This document shows, in pieces, positions 12,094-24,366 of a stretch of DNA of 64,000 nt. A model generated the notes under the pieces. That model made no database searches. It was not told the DNA's origin and was given only the letters and a program-made list of their open reading frames with translations. A program made the translations under genes and the position numbers. Every line of letters begins with the position of its first letter. Position 1 is the first letter of the stretch. Location of the stretch: contig CATNEN010000001.1 of the NCBI GenBank assembly GCA_950097015.1, forward strand, positions 19,840,001 through 19,904,000, given 5' to 3'. The DNA is from Macrostomum hystrix (lineage: Eukaryota > Animalia > Platyhelminthes).

Positions 12094-12501
12094 ATGACTG
12101 AGCAGCAAGTCAGTCACCCTGATGAAGCCAGCATTCCTCCCGACCTCATCCGCCAGCTTGATGCACGCCTGAAGGCCTGCGGACGGAAGCGCGAGGTCAA
12201 TCGCTTCATAGCTGCTGAGCTAAACAATTGCTCAGAACTTAAAACTCACATCTATGAGCAGGCCAAAGTGCGCATCGATGATCTGTCGAGCCCGTACCAA
12301 TCAGCAGCGGTGCGAAGTCGCCTTGCTTCAGAAGTCTACAACGCTGTGCGGTCTCTCGTGCCACCCGCCATTTTGCATAGCGCGACCGAGATGGTGCGAC
12401 CGGCGTCACGCCACCTTCTGACGCGTCGACTGAGCCAGACTAGACCTAGAAGTCCAGAAGCGAAGGCTGCAGGATCTCCGACCGATCGGATTGTCATGTA
12501 G
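12094..12501 (+). CDS. Divergent ENY2/Sus1-like helical protein, intronless, 135 aa
   Basis: IRQLDARLKACGRKREV...ELNNCSELKTHI...LASEVYNAVRSLVPPAIL resembles ENY2 (INQKLIETGERERL...KLIECGWKDQLKAH...LVAEITPKGRALVPDSV), aligned by eye. Confidence 0.55.
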   Translation: MTEQQVSHPDEASIPPDLIRQLDARLKACGRKREVNRFIAAELNNCSELKTHIYEQAKVRIDDLSSPYQSAAVRSRLASEVYNAVRSLVPPAILHSATEMVRPASRHLLTRRLSQTRPRSPEAKAAGSPTDRIVM

Positions 12502-13556
12502 ACTCAGAATGACTCTCTTTGCCGTCTCTGATCCGCCCCACTTTTCATTCAAGTAGGTCAACCTCTGTCTCGGAGTTTGTGCCATTTCCTCTTTGGCTGC
12601 TAAAACGTAGCTGGAGATTTATACTTTCAGGAAGCTCGTCGTTTTCTAAAAATCAAAGCTAAAAAATCGTTTGAGCAGTCATATCGCTTGCTATTGCAGC
12701 ACGACTCACTTCAATTCTTCAATTCTAAATAAGTTATCACGGCTATATTTTGTGAAATGTCTGCCATGTGATTTAGAAAAACTTTTCCTGGAACGCAGCG
12801 GCCTCACGTGACTCTCAGTTTGAATCTTGACAATGCAAGCTGCTAGTTTTATGGCGGAAACGCCAAATGAAAGTTTCGTTGTGCTAAACGGAAGCAGATG
12901 TGCGATGAATGTTTGTACGCATAAAATTTTCTTTTCTTTTCTTCTGGCTCGATCAATATTCTACTCTTCCTGTCTAACATTGTGCCCCACATGCAAACAA
13001 TGAAGCACTGTCTCTCGGTCTGAAGTGAAGGATATTCTAGAAAAAATATATGGTCCCGTTTTAATATTAGCTCTGTCACGACTGTTACACACATACAATT
13101 AGTTTGGAGAACCTTCAGACGAAAGAAACCTTACATGTACTAATTAAACAGTTGAAGAGTCTAGCAATCCACAAAATATGTTTAAATTAAAACAAAATCC
13201 ATCCGACTTTCTGTAATTATTGCAGAGAATTGGTTCTGGAGAAAAAAACATTTAATATATAGCTCGATAATTTGTATTGTTTTTGTAGTTTGTCTCTTTA
13301 TTTAAGGGGATTCGTGATTGCGAAGCAGTCATAATTACACTTGAAGACACAATCAGAAGGGAAAAACACCACCCAATAGGAAATTCCTGTTGAAAAACTG
13401 CAGAGTACATTCCGAACCGCATTGACCAATCCAATCCAAGTTGTTCTAATAGAGTATTAATATGCGTTAAAAGCTAGTATGCATTTTTGAGTCGAAGGAC
13501 TCAAAAAATTGCAAGGCGCAATTACATTGTGCCATATCGTCCAATAATCGATAAGA

Positions 13557-14573
13557 ATGAAGTCTGTAATGCTTCTAGCCGGGCTTTGCTCCACCATTGT
13601 GATTGCTGCTGGTCAAGGAATTGCGAAAATCATGAAACTGAGAAAGTCAATTCGAATTGCATGAATGGGTCACTGTCGGTGTGGCAGAAGGCTAGACCCT
13701 CCGTCTCGATCATCGACTGCTTCGTGTCGAGTCGCGAGTTCCAGCTCAACAGCGTCGGCGTGGTGCAGCGGAACAAGCGAGACGCCTCGTGTTTACTATT
13801 GCGATTTAGTCAGGTGTGTCACCTGCTCAGTCTATTCAACATCAGCTCATCGGTGGCTAACGCTGGACTGCGAGATCAGTTTGATTGCGAGATTGTTGTG
13901 GACTCTGAGTACGATGCCGTCACTGCGAACGAGCACTTCAGTGCCGTGTGGGTTGGAGACAGGGGACCGGCTCTGGAGAATGTGGTGTGCGGCCCTGGTG
14001 GACAGAGGAACCCCATGCGATCAAGCGAAATGATGTGGACGAGCGAAGGCGCAGTGATGGACGGAGTCTCGTCTCGACTGTGGGTGGACGACCCCGTCGG
14101 CCTGGACTTCTCAAGCTCCTACACCTGGGTGCTGCACCTGAAAAGGAAGCCGAAGACATGCTGCTACCTTGAACAAAGGAGTTGCTCTGGTGGTAGCAAC
14201 TGGTTTGATCACTTTTGTGAGTTCAGCACGAGGTCACAAAAACCACGCACTTTGTACCTGAACCCAGTAAACAATCCAGATTTGAGTCCATGGAGTCTGT
14301 ACTACCAGCCGATGCCGAAAAACTTTTCCTAGCAGGGCCCTCTTTCAATCGGAGCGCAGCAAAGGTCCGGATGTTCCTCGGTACATCATTTCTGCCTGAG
14401 TCGGCTGTATTGCGTCTCGCACCTGATCAAACACCATGATCCCCGAGTCGTGCCTGAGCGTGGGTTGGCGCCGTCTGGATGGCACGATGCTGGATGGCTC
14501 GGTCCGAGATGTGGCCGTCGCCAATGCCGCCCTGTCAGAGAGTCAGATCCGAATGCTGTTTCTCATGCTGTGA
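13557..14573 (+). pseudogene. Secreted PAN-like/LamG-like family, copy 2 (three frameshifts)
   Basis: Signal peptide MKSVMLLAGLCSTIVIAAG at 13557 is out of frame with the core (shift ~13630). Further shifts at ~14280 and ~14430. The last frame reads CLSVGWRRLDGTMLDGSVRDVAVANAALSESQIRMLF. Confidence 0.85.
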
Positions 14574-15370
14574 GGCGAACTGAGCTTCGTGTCCACTGTC
14601 GCCTGTCTGGGAAGGCTGCGACTATGAGATCCGATTCGAAGTTATGAAGCAAATCTGGACTGATCATTACTGACTAGAGAATATGCGATGGTTAGAGAAC
14701 AGAGACCTACGCAACCGTTAACAACTGTCTGTTTTGTATCAGTGAGATATTTCAACAGAAAGCCTGCATCCTTTTTAACTTTAGACTACATTTAAAGAAT
14801 AAAAAGTAAAATAAAAATTAACGATAAGTAAATCGACTCCTAAAATCCGACAATCCCAAAATCAAACAGACTTCTGTCGCATTCTAGAAAGAAGTCAACA
14901 GACAGTGTCAGGAATTATTTTTTTAGCCTATTTTTCTTCGATCACCTCGCTTTCCTGCAATATCAGGAAAAATAAAATCATGTCAGAGAAAAGAAGAATT
15001 TTTTTACACAAACTTGAAAATAAAAGCCCTACCCAACCCGACCATGTCTTGTAAAATTCAAGATTCAAGAGACCTCGACGACGAAGAAGAGTATGTACCA
15101 CCAATTTACCTATTTCTAAATTTAAGTTGTTCTCATATCCTCCGTCCACACGCCTCCCTTCAACTCCTGAAAGCTTTCAGGATTACAAATGCTCGCAATC
15201 GCTTGTACAAACCAGTGCGTCACTAATCTATTTTTTGTTTGCATTTATTTTGTATCCACCCACCTGGACTGGCTCTCTTAGTGAAAATAAACGATTGCAA
15301 GAAAACTATAAAAACATCGTGGCCTAATTAATGCCATCACTGTCTAATCGGGTAGCGAGATTTTGTACAG

Positions 15371-16703
15371 CAGGGGTCGGCAAACTCCGGCCCGCGGGCC
15401 AGTTACGGCCCTCGAAGCTCCCAAATCCGGCACGTTGCCCCTTCCAACACCTACAGTATCCTGTCTCATCTCTCCCCTATCTCATCCCTCCCCTGTCTCA
15501 TCTCTACCCTGTCTTATCTCTCCCCTGTCTCATCTCTCCCGCCATCTCATCTCTCCCGCCGTCTCATCTCTCCCCTGTCTCATTTCTCCCCTGTCTCATC
15601 TCTACACTGTCTCATCTCTACACTGTCTCATCTCTCCCCTGTCTCATCTCTCCCCTGTCTCATCTCTCCCCTGTCTCATCTCTCCCCTGTCTCATCTCTC
15701 CCCTGTCTCATCTCTACACTGTCTCATCTCTCCCCTGTCTCATCTCTCCCCTGTCTCATCTCTCCCCTGTCTCATCTCTACACTGTCTCATCTCTACACT
15801 GTCTCATCTCTCCCCTGTCTCATCTCTCCCCTGTCTCATCTCTCCCCTGTCTCATCTCTCCACTGTCTCATCTCTACACTTTCTCATTTCTCCCTTGTCT
15901 CATCTCTCCCCTGTCTCATCTCTCCCCTGTCTCATCTCTACACTGTCTCATCTCTCCCCTGTCTCATCTCTCCCCTGTCTCATCTCTCCCCTGTCTCATC
16001 TCTACACTGTCTCATCTCTACACTGTCTTATCTCTCCCCTGTCTTATTTCTCCCTTGTCTCATCTCTCCCCTGTCTCATCTCTACACTGTCTCATCTCTA
16101 CACTGTCTCATCTCTCCCCTGTCTCATATCTACACTGTCTCATCTCTCCCCTGTCTCATATCTACACTGTCTCATCTCTACACTGTCCCATCTCTCCCCT
16201 GTCTTATCTCTACACTGTCTCATCTCTACACTGTCTCATCTCTCCCCTGTCTCATATCTACACTGTCTCATCTCTCCCCTGTCTCATATCTACACTGTCT
16301 CATCTCTACACTGTCTCATCTCTCCCCTGTCTCATCTCTACACTGTCTTATCTCTACACTGTCCCATCTCTCCCCTGTCTTATCTCTACACTGTCTCATC
16401 TCTACACTGTCTTATCTCTACACTGTCCCATCTCTCCCTTGGCTTATCTCTACACTGTCTCATATCTACACTGTCTCATCTCTCCCCTGTCTCATATCTA
16501 CACTGTCTCATCTCTCCCCTGTCTCATCTCTACACTGTCTCATCTCTACACTGTCTCATCTCTACACTGTCTCATCTCTCCTCTGTCTCATCTCTCCCCT
16601 GTCTCATCTCTCCCCTGTCTCACATTTCTAAAGTCAGTGCGGCCCGCTGTGGTCTTTAAGGTTCTCTCTTTGGCCCGCTAGCCAATAAGTTTGCCGAGCC
16701 CTG
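15371..16703. mobile_element. hAT (Charlie-type) MITE containing a 16-bp minisatellite
   Basis: TIRs CAGGGGTCGGCAAACT / AGTTTGCCGAGCCCTG; perfect 8-bp TSD TTGTACAG at 15363-15370 and 16704-16711; subterminal GGCCCGC motifs. Confidence 0.9.
15460..16622. repeat. 16-bp minisatellite (TGTCTCATCTCTCCCC / TGTCTCATCTCTACAC), ~70 copies
   Basis: Direct inspection; the 48-nt translation period explains the spurious long ORFs. Confidence 0.97.
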
Positions 16704-17039
16704 TTGTACAGTAATGCCTCATTTACTGTACATGCCTCATGTACAGTAATGCGGTATCGTGAGCTGTTATCACATTAAAATACCTGAAATTGCTCAATTA
16801 GAGCCCTTGCTTCTGGACCACGTTTTAGAAAACAATTCTAGAATCATCCAGTTTTCGCCTGCATCACTATGACCCATCACTGCATGTACCTCCTTAAAAT
16901 CAGGGGCGTGGCAATTGCGAACCCTTTCTTCTGCCAGACGCTTGGCAATAGCGCTTGTCAAGGTCGAACATCACGACCAACTTTATTATTACCTGTCGCA
17001 TTAAACAAAAAACAATTTATTAAGCATGTCCCGATTGGG

Positions 17040-17280
17040 CCACATGTGCAGCCGACAGCACTGCAGTCGCAGCTATTACGCGGCGCATATGAAGGTAACG
17101 TACAGCTGTACAGTCCATGGACTGGCGGGGGACGTCTCAAAATGATCCCAACCGATATTGGAACCCATTTAACCGCTGGGTGAGCTGAAGCAAAGCAGAG
17201 TTAAGTATCTTACTAAAGGACACCAATTGTTGTTTGTGGAGTCGGGAATCGAACCCCTGACATTCAAGTCGTGGATTCCA
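17040..17280 (-). mobile_element. tRNA-derived SINE (family B)
   Basis: GGGAATCGAACCC (B box on -) and ACCCATTTAACCGCTGGGTGAGCTGAA, related to 5330-5500. Confidence 0.55.
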
Positions 17281-18005
17281 ACCTTCTGTTTTAACTTATT
17301 TCAACCATTTGACTATTAGTATTAACTTTAAAAATTCGAAGAGTTTCGAAATTAAGAAAAGCAGCCAATTTTGGCATTAAAATTTAATGCGCGTTTGTTT
17401 GAGAGAACCATTTTCTTTGATAAGGATGGATGGATAAAGGACTAGGAGACACAACTTCTAAAGCAGAATTGTACCTTATAAATATAAATAGAAATATATG
17501 CAGAATATTTGTCCAAGAATACCGCTTCATTGTACTTGCTAATGTGAAAACAGACATTTTCATGTTTGCTTGGTTAATGGTTTCATGAATTTCTTGACCT
17601 TACCGGCTATTCTCCCACTAGCAGTTTAACTATTCGAGCATTTCACAACATCTGCAGAATTGCCAGTCATCGCCTCTGAAACCAATGGTGAAATTGTAAT
17701 AATGAAGACTCTGAGACTAGAAGCCGATTTTTCCAACACATCAAAGAAATGTCTTAAAAATTGCTAAAAGCTTTGATAAAAATTCTTGGCAAACAGGAAA
17801 AGCTTTCATCTCCTTTAATCTTTCAAGGAAAACATTATCTTCCCCAAATAAGGCAAAACACCGCACCAATATGTGAAATCAACACATGCATTTGATCCAG
17901 TTCCAGTATTTATTGCGAAAAAGAATCATCACAGTTTTAGCAGTGAGGTCAGCGCCCTTCCACGACATCTGAGTCCTATGAGCTGTCGCCGAAAAGAAGA
18001 GCTAG

Positions 18006-19001
18006 ATGATCTCCAAAGGAATAATACTTTTGTTGTTCTGTTTCACAACAACATCAGCAGCCAATGCGTACAAAGTAGCCAACACCGAGTGCCTGAATGC
18101 TTCACTATCGGTGTGGCGAAAGCCTCGGGACTCCATTTCGATCATCGACTGCTTCATGTCGAGTCGCGACTTCCGTCTAAACAGCGTCGGCGTGGTGCAG
18201 CGGAACAGGCGAGACGCCTCGTGTTTACTATTCCGATTTAGTCAGGTGTGTCACCTGCTCAGTCTACTCAACATCAGCTCATCGGTGGCTAATGCTGGAC
18301 TGCGAGATCAGTTTGACTGCGAGACTGTTGTGGACTCTGAGTACGATGCCATCACGGCGAACGAGCACTTCAGTGCCGTGTGGGTTGGAGACAGGGGGTC
18401 GGCTCTGGAGAATGTGGTGTGCGGCCCTGGTGGACAGAGGAATCCCATGAGATCAAGCGATGTGACGTGGACGAGTGATGGCGCTCGCATGGACGGAGTC
18501 TCGTCTCGACTGTGGGTGGACGATCCAGTCGGCCTGGACTTCTCAGGCTCCTACACCTGGGTGCTGCACCTGAAGAGGACACCTGCCAAACAGTGCTTCA
18601 TTGAGCTAGCTGATTGTTCAAATCTGCTCTCTTACATGGATCATTTTCATGAGGCTTCGTACATTGCAGGTGTAAAACTTTCTTTGTACCTGAACACTGA
18701 CTCCAAGGTTAAGTTCCAGACAGCGAATCCTGTTTTGCCCTCGGACGCTGAGCAGCTGTTCGTCGTTGGGGTTGTCTTCGACCGCGTGACCAAAAGAAAT
18801 CGCTTCTTTGTCAACGACCATTTCATTCCGGACGACCGGGTCGTGATTGAAAGTTCTCCGAGCAAGTTTCCTCAGCGGCAAAACTGTTTCAAGATTGGCT
18901 GGCGCTATCCATCGAGGTACCTGCTCAAAGGAGTGATCAGGGCCGCGGCCGTGGCGAACTCTGCCCTTTCCGCCGCTGACATTCGAAGTCTTTTCGCCTG
19001 A
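18006..19001 (+). CDS. Secreted PAN-like/LamG-like family, copy 3 (intact, 331 aa)
   Basis: Hydrophobic leader MISKGIILLLFCFTTTSA and a Cys-rich N-module. The WT.DGA.MDG.SS...LDFSGSYTW...KIGW...LKGVIRAAAVANSALSAADIRSLF pattern is typical of LamG/ConA-like jellyroll domains. No TM segment. Confidence 0.85.
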   Translation: MISKGIILLLFCFTTTSAANAYKVANTECLNASLSVWRKPRDSISIIDCFMSSRDFRLNSVGVVQRNRRDASCLLFRFSQVCHLLSLLNISSSVANAGLRDQFDCETVVDSEYDAITANEHFSAVWVGDRGSALENVVCGPGGQRNPMRSSDVTWTSDGARMDGVSSRLWVDDPVGLDFSGSYTWVLHLKRTPAKQCFIELADCSNLLSYMDHFHEASYIAGVKLSLYLNTDSKVKFQTANPVLPSDAEQLFVVGVVFDRVTKRNRFFVNDHFIPDDRVVIESSPSKFPQRQNCFKIGWRYPSRYLLKGVIRAAAVANSALSAADIRSLFA

Positions 19002-19202
19002 GCTCTGGCATAATTGCTTTATTGATAAAACATTTCTGTGGCTACTAGAGCACAGTAATATGCGAGTTCATGGAGTGTGACAAAATAAATTACTGGATAA
19101 AAACAGCCAAGCTTCTGGCTTTACAAAAAATTAGGGCACTAAAATAATCATTTCCTTTGAAGGAAATGAGGCAGATGTATTGACCTTTTCAAAACAAATA
19201 GT

Positions 19203-19441
19203 GTGCCGCTGTGCTCAATGTGAACCCCAATGCTCAATGCGAGCCACAGTGCTCAATGAGACACACACTACTCAATGCGAGCCACAGTGCTCAATGAGAC
19301 ACACACTACTCAATGCGAGCCACAGTGCTCAATGAGACACACACTACTCAATGCGAGCCGCAGTGCTCAATGCGAGCCGCAGTGCTCAATGCGAGCGACA
19401 GTGCTCAATGCGAGCGACAGTGCTCAATGCGAGCCGCAGTG
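19203..19441. repeat. Tandem repeat of CAGTGCTCAATGCGAGCC(A/G)-like units (~19 bp)
   Basis: Direct inspection. Confidence 0.9.
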
Positions 19442-19931
19442 ACGTCAGTTGAGAACTATTACGAGGAATTTTGCTCCCACAAAGTAGGCTCATTTCATAA
19501 AAATTTCACATTAGGATGGAATGCTTTTCAGCAGCAGGAACTTTTTTATCAACTTGCAGAAATTTTTCTTGAGAGCATGTCTTCCACCAAAGAAGCAGAT
19601 AGGTGCTCCAAAAAAGCGGTGCAAATTTGGCAAAAAGCACCAGGTGCGATGTGAATGAGGCCCTCAAAAACTGCTCCGAAATTGCTCATATTGCTCAGAG
19701 CGCTTCGATGGTAATATGATGGTCGCCATGTGTATTTCAAGCATGTGGCTTCCTCATTAGCTGTGTAGCAGAAAATGCGGTGGAAAAAAGATTGTTAGAG
19801 GCATGAAATTAGGTTCAGAAAACCGAGCTAAACACAGAAACTGCACATTGGTGAAAATGCTAATAGAAACGGGAGATTCGTTCCCATCACAACTCTAGAA
19901 TTGAGTTGTTATTGGCATAATTTTCAAGTTA

Positions 19932-20972
19932 TTGGCGGACCAAACATACAGTGATGTTGGAATCAAAACAAAGACCAACAATGACGTTATGCTGAACTGC
20001 AGAGGCATTAGTCCCGCAAAAGCAATTAGAAACCACAGGAAAAATTTCGTTTCTCAGTTCGATACCCATTGGAGACAAAGGACACAGAACTCAAGCAAGC
20101 TAAGTCACTTCTATTACTCCTTCAAGCAATATTATTCAGCCGAAAAATATTTACAACAAATATACAACCCGGAGTTGAGACGTACCATATCCTCGTTTAG
20201 GCTAGGAAACCATAAGCTAGCTTGCGAAACATTGCGAACTGCGAGACCGAAAATTCCGAATGTGAATAGATTATGCAGTAAGTGCAAAACAGAAGTTGAA
20301 AACGAGGTCCACTTCCTCTTTAAGTGCAGTTGGAATAAGTATAGCGCAGCACGTTCGAATTTTGAGAAGGAAATTTCTGGGAAAACTCCCAATTTCATAT
20401 CCTTGGGAGTATATCCTTGGGAAATATCCTTGGGAATTTCACAGCAGAAGAGAAATCTAACTACGAGGGCTGTCCCAAAAGTAGTGTTACTTTTGATTAT
20501 ATCTTTTGTTCTGATGGTTCAAATTGACGGTTTGTTCAGTCGGTGGCAAAAATGCCTTCAGCTCGGCGGTGACTACGTTGAGAAGTCAAGCATTCCCACC
20601 GACGAGTGAAGAGGAGCGTTTCAATTGCTACGAGAAAACTTCATATTCGCAACCACTCAACTGTTGGTCATTTTTGCTTGCTTGTTGATTTACTGTAAGT
20701 CTATGTTTGAGGTCCTGTTAGTTTTTCGTTGATAACTTCTATTTCCTTAGTCTGTTAGAAAAAATATTTGAATTAATATAAAGAAGAGACTTGCCGCTAT
20801 AAGACTGTGTCAAATCACGTTATTTGAACCATCAGAACAAAAGATATAATCAAAAGTAACACTACTTTTGGGACAGCCCTCGTACATAATGGCTCAAGAC
20901 GATAGGGAAACCGCTGAAGCTTTAGCAAAATACATCATAGATATCTCTAAAATAAGGGAACAGCTGCCCTAA
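19932..20972 (+). mobile_element. 3' fragment of a non-LTR retrotransposon ORF2 (post-RT zinc-binding region), interrupted by a MITE
   Basis: FRLGNHKLACET...RLCSKC...ENEVHFLFKC...Y...R (CxxC..H..C). After the MITE the sequence continues, frame-shifted, as NYIMAQDDRETAEALAKYIIDISKIR. Confidence 0.7.
20464..20882. mobile_element. Tc1/mariner MITE
   Basis: ~60-bp perfect TIRs CGAGGGCTGTCCCAAAAGTAGTGTTAC...GGTTCAAAT; TA duplication at 20462-20463 and 20883-20884. Confidence 0.92.
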
Positions 20973-21498
20973 GACTACGAGCTCGTATTAACATTTAACA
21001 CTATATATTTCATATTTTGTTTTATTCCTGGCGTCCCTTGTGTTTTTACTGCTCTTATTTTTAATACCTTTTCTTTTGCTTTTCCCTTCCCAGCTCGATA
21101 GTTGAATCCTACAAAACTTCGCTATTTATATTTTGTTTTTCGTTGTCCGTTAAAATATTTGTTGTCAAAAAATATAGAAAAGATAAAAAATCAGCACCCA
21201 TAGATGGCGTGCGCGTTTTAATAACAATACGAGTAATAATAATAGAAAGGATGAAACAATTCGCCAGCTTTAAGTATTTCAAAGCATTGTACACCAAACA
21301 GCTGTGACATGCCGCTAGAGTCTACAACTAAATTAATGGTCTACAAACAATTTTATTTGAGTTAATCGGCATGTTGAGAATTCACGATGGCGAGGATGCC
21401 ATCCAGAAAATTTCTCTACAGTGTAAAAAATCCCTAAGCAAAGACCAAAAGCGCTAGCATGAAATCTTAGTCGCTTTATTTCTCGACAACATGACAGA

Positions 21499-22548
21499 AT
21501 GAAGCAGCCGCTTAGGAACGTGTACAGGCTCCTGTTTATCGCATTTCTAAATATATATAATCTAAACTGCAGTCCGATTGGAACTGAAATACATGGTTGC
21601 ACCTACAGTTTGGTGAAGAGAGACTGCCTTAACAGCACGATATCTGTCTGGAAGAAGCCTAAGACCTCAATCCCAATCATCGACTGCTTCATGTCGAGTC
21701 GCGAGTTCCAGCTCAACATCGTCGGCGTCGTGCAGTGGGACAGACGAGACGCCTCGTGTGTGCTGTTCCGATTCAATCAGGTGTGCCACTTGCTCAGCCT
21801 CAGAAACATCAGCTCAACAGAGACAACTTCTCTACCGCGTGACCAATTTGCCTGCGAGATTGTTGTGGACTCTGAGTACGATGCCGTCACGGCGAACGAG
21901 CACTTCAGTGCTGTGTGGGTTGGAGATAGGGGACCGGCTCTGGAGAATGTGGTGTGTGGCCCTGGTGGACAGAAGAATCCCATGAGATCAAGCTGAGTGA
22001 ATTGGACTAGCGAGGGCGCAGTGATGGACGGAGTCTCGTCTCGACTGTGGGTGGACGATCCAGTCGGTCTAGACTTCACAGGCTCCTACACCTGGGCGCT
22101 GCACCTGAAGAGAACACCGAATAAAAACAGTTTTGTGGAGCTGGAAAGCTGCAGTGTCATTGGAAGCAGCTTCATCGATCACTTCTGGGAATTCGATCGC
22201 TTTACAAATGCCAAAAACTGCTTGTACTTGTTACCGGGACAGCCGAGGACCTTTCAAACCAACTCTGTACTCCCGACTGATCCCAAACAGTTCTTCGTTG
22301 CCGGGCTATCATTCAACAGGTCCGTTGGTCTCAACCAGTTTTTTCTTGGCTCCTCTTTCTTGGCGCAGCCACTAACCTCTTGGAAGGCTGATTATCGGTG
22401 GGACCAGGGACCTTTCTCAGTGTGCCTCAAGATCGGCTGGCGAGACTCTGGCGTGATAGGCAAAATCAAAAGTGTTGTGAGGGCTGTTGCTGTGGCCAAA
22501 TCGGCTCTGGCTGAGCATCAGATTCGAATACTATTTCCGAATCCCTGA
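21499..22548 (+). pseudogene. Secreted PAN-like/LamG-like family, copy 4 (one in-frame TGA)
   Basis: ORFs 21499-21996 and 21997-22548 are in the same frame, separated only by TGA at 21994-21996. This codon is AAT, GAA or GAT in the paralogues. Confidence 0.8.
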
Positions 22549-22899
22549 GACCTCGCAGCTGATGACAGGTTGATTGTGTGTTATCTGTACATCACCGAAA
22601 CTTGATTTTTCGCGCGTGGATAGAGCTGTTTAGCGTGTCAGATAGTCTATGAGACTAGGCTATTCTATTCTATAGAATAGACCGCTCGTGACTTAAGTCA
22701 CTGACAGACACGAGAGTGCTCAATAATTTTTTTGTCTTTTTCGTGCATTTAAACTTCAAGAAAAGGTAAAGGCTCGTTGAAGAACCGAACTCAGAGTTCT
22801 TTAAGAAAATGAATTTATAATTCATATAAGTACCTCGTATAACTCAGCAAATGAAAACGCAAAATGATGAATATTTATTTTTCGGCAGTGCTAGGAAAT

Positions 22900-23995
22900 G
22901 GGGCTGGCAGAGTGGTTAATGCGTTTACCTCTCGCACCAAGGTCCCTGAGCTCGATTCCGCGGCGAGGCCACTTTTATTTTCTGGTGCAGCCGTGAAGAG
23001 AGCGCTTGGGTGCTTTTCGTGAAATTTACGCCTTTAAGGGGCCAACTTCTTTGGCATGGCATCTGCATAACTCCCCGCCAAACCACCATTTTGGGCTGTA
23101 TCCAGTATGGGCTGACTTTCTGTCCCGAAAAAACACAAAGCAGAAAGGAAAGTATAACGCACGCACGACCTGGATTAAAACACTGATAACTTCCGCAACA
23201 TATTTTCGAAATGTTTCTTTTATTAAAGCTGAATAAATTCTCTAAATTTTAGTTTAAGCTTGTGCGTCTACCTGTTTTATCTAGTGAGCTGAGCTTAAAT
23301 AAAGTTTAAGGAAGGCGAAACTGTCATCTGTAAGACAACAATTCGCAAAGTTGTACTGCAGAAAATATTCTTATTTTTCGCCATTTTGAAAAGTTTATTA
23401 GTTCATTCGAAAGGTGCTGATGTTTTTACAATTTAAGCTTTTTCTATCGGGCTATTAATATTAAATCAGGCTATTAATAATTTTTATTTTTGTCTTCCTT
23501 AAATGGTCCGTAAGCGTGCACTTTGTATGACGCTTACGGGGGTTGGTTAATCACTGGCTGGCCACCCCCGCGTCTTGTCCTTTCTGCCCCCCTCTTTTGT
23601 GCGTGCGCTGCGTCCACCCCCCTCCGCCTTCGCCCCTCGGGACCCACCCCCTCCTTTGAGCCGCTTATATGGCTACCCTGCCTTTTTCGCTCCTGTTTGT
23701 TCCGCCAGGCAGGCGAGTAAATTTTTTTGTTGTCTGCTCACCCGCGCTCTATTTGATTTGCCGTTCGGGACTTAGGGCTTGTATTTTCTGCCCAGTGTAT
23801 TTTCGGGGCTTAGCCAATCAGCCTATACTGTTTGGCGGGGAGTTGTCTCAGTTTCTAGATCCAGAGCTCTATGGCATATGTATGAGTGTGTGCTCAAAAG
23901 TCAGCGAAATGGGAAGAATTGCTTCCTCACTGGCTGCGGGTCTAGTGTCACCAAATGATGCGCCAGTGCCCTCAACATTATCATTATTATATTAT
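22900..23995 (+). mobile_element. SINE family A copy split by an ~800-bp insertion
   Basis: Head at 22900-23060 (GGCAGAGTGGTT...GCTCGATTCC). Tail at 23870-23995 (GTGTGCTC...GGCTGCGGGTCTAGTGTCACCAAATGATG) matches the 3' part of the other copies. Confidence 0.65.
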
Positions 23996-24366
23996 AGTGG
24001 TGTCAAACTTTACTCTACAATTTTTACTCGAAATTAACTTGACGACAAATCCGTGAACATTGGTGGCAGCTCAATTTGCAGCTTTCAGAGTCGGGTACAA
24101 TTGAAAAGTGCGTTAAAAAACATTTTTTAATCTAACTAAATATCACCTCATACCAGTCAATTTATTTCTTCTATGCGTGCTTTCTAGAAGGCAGTCAGAG
24201 ATTTTTATGACTATTTGAAATCCAAACCAAAAATTAACTTACGAGAAGTATGTATTAAACTTACGATTTCGGTTCGTAGAAAGTGATAATTGACTAAAAT
24301 AAACCCATATTAATCTAACACGAAAAGCAAATCTTCCCCTTTCAAAGCATCATCTTCAACCACTTG

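Noticed and set aside
15331-16681. Ser/Leu/His/Cys-rich ORFs (also 36371-36812 and 44324-45490)
   Set aside because: Translations of stop-free minisatellites.
21994-21996. Selenocysteine codon or alternative genetic code
   Set aside because: The aligned residues are N/D/E, TGA terminates other genes in the window, and no SECIS is evident by eye.
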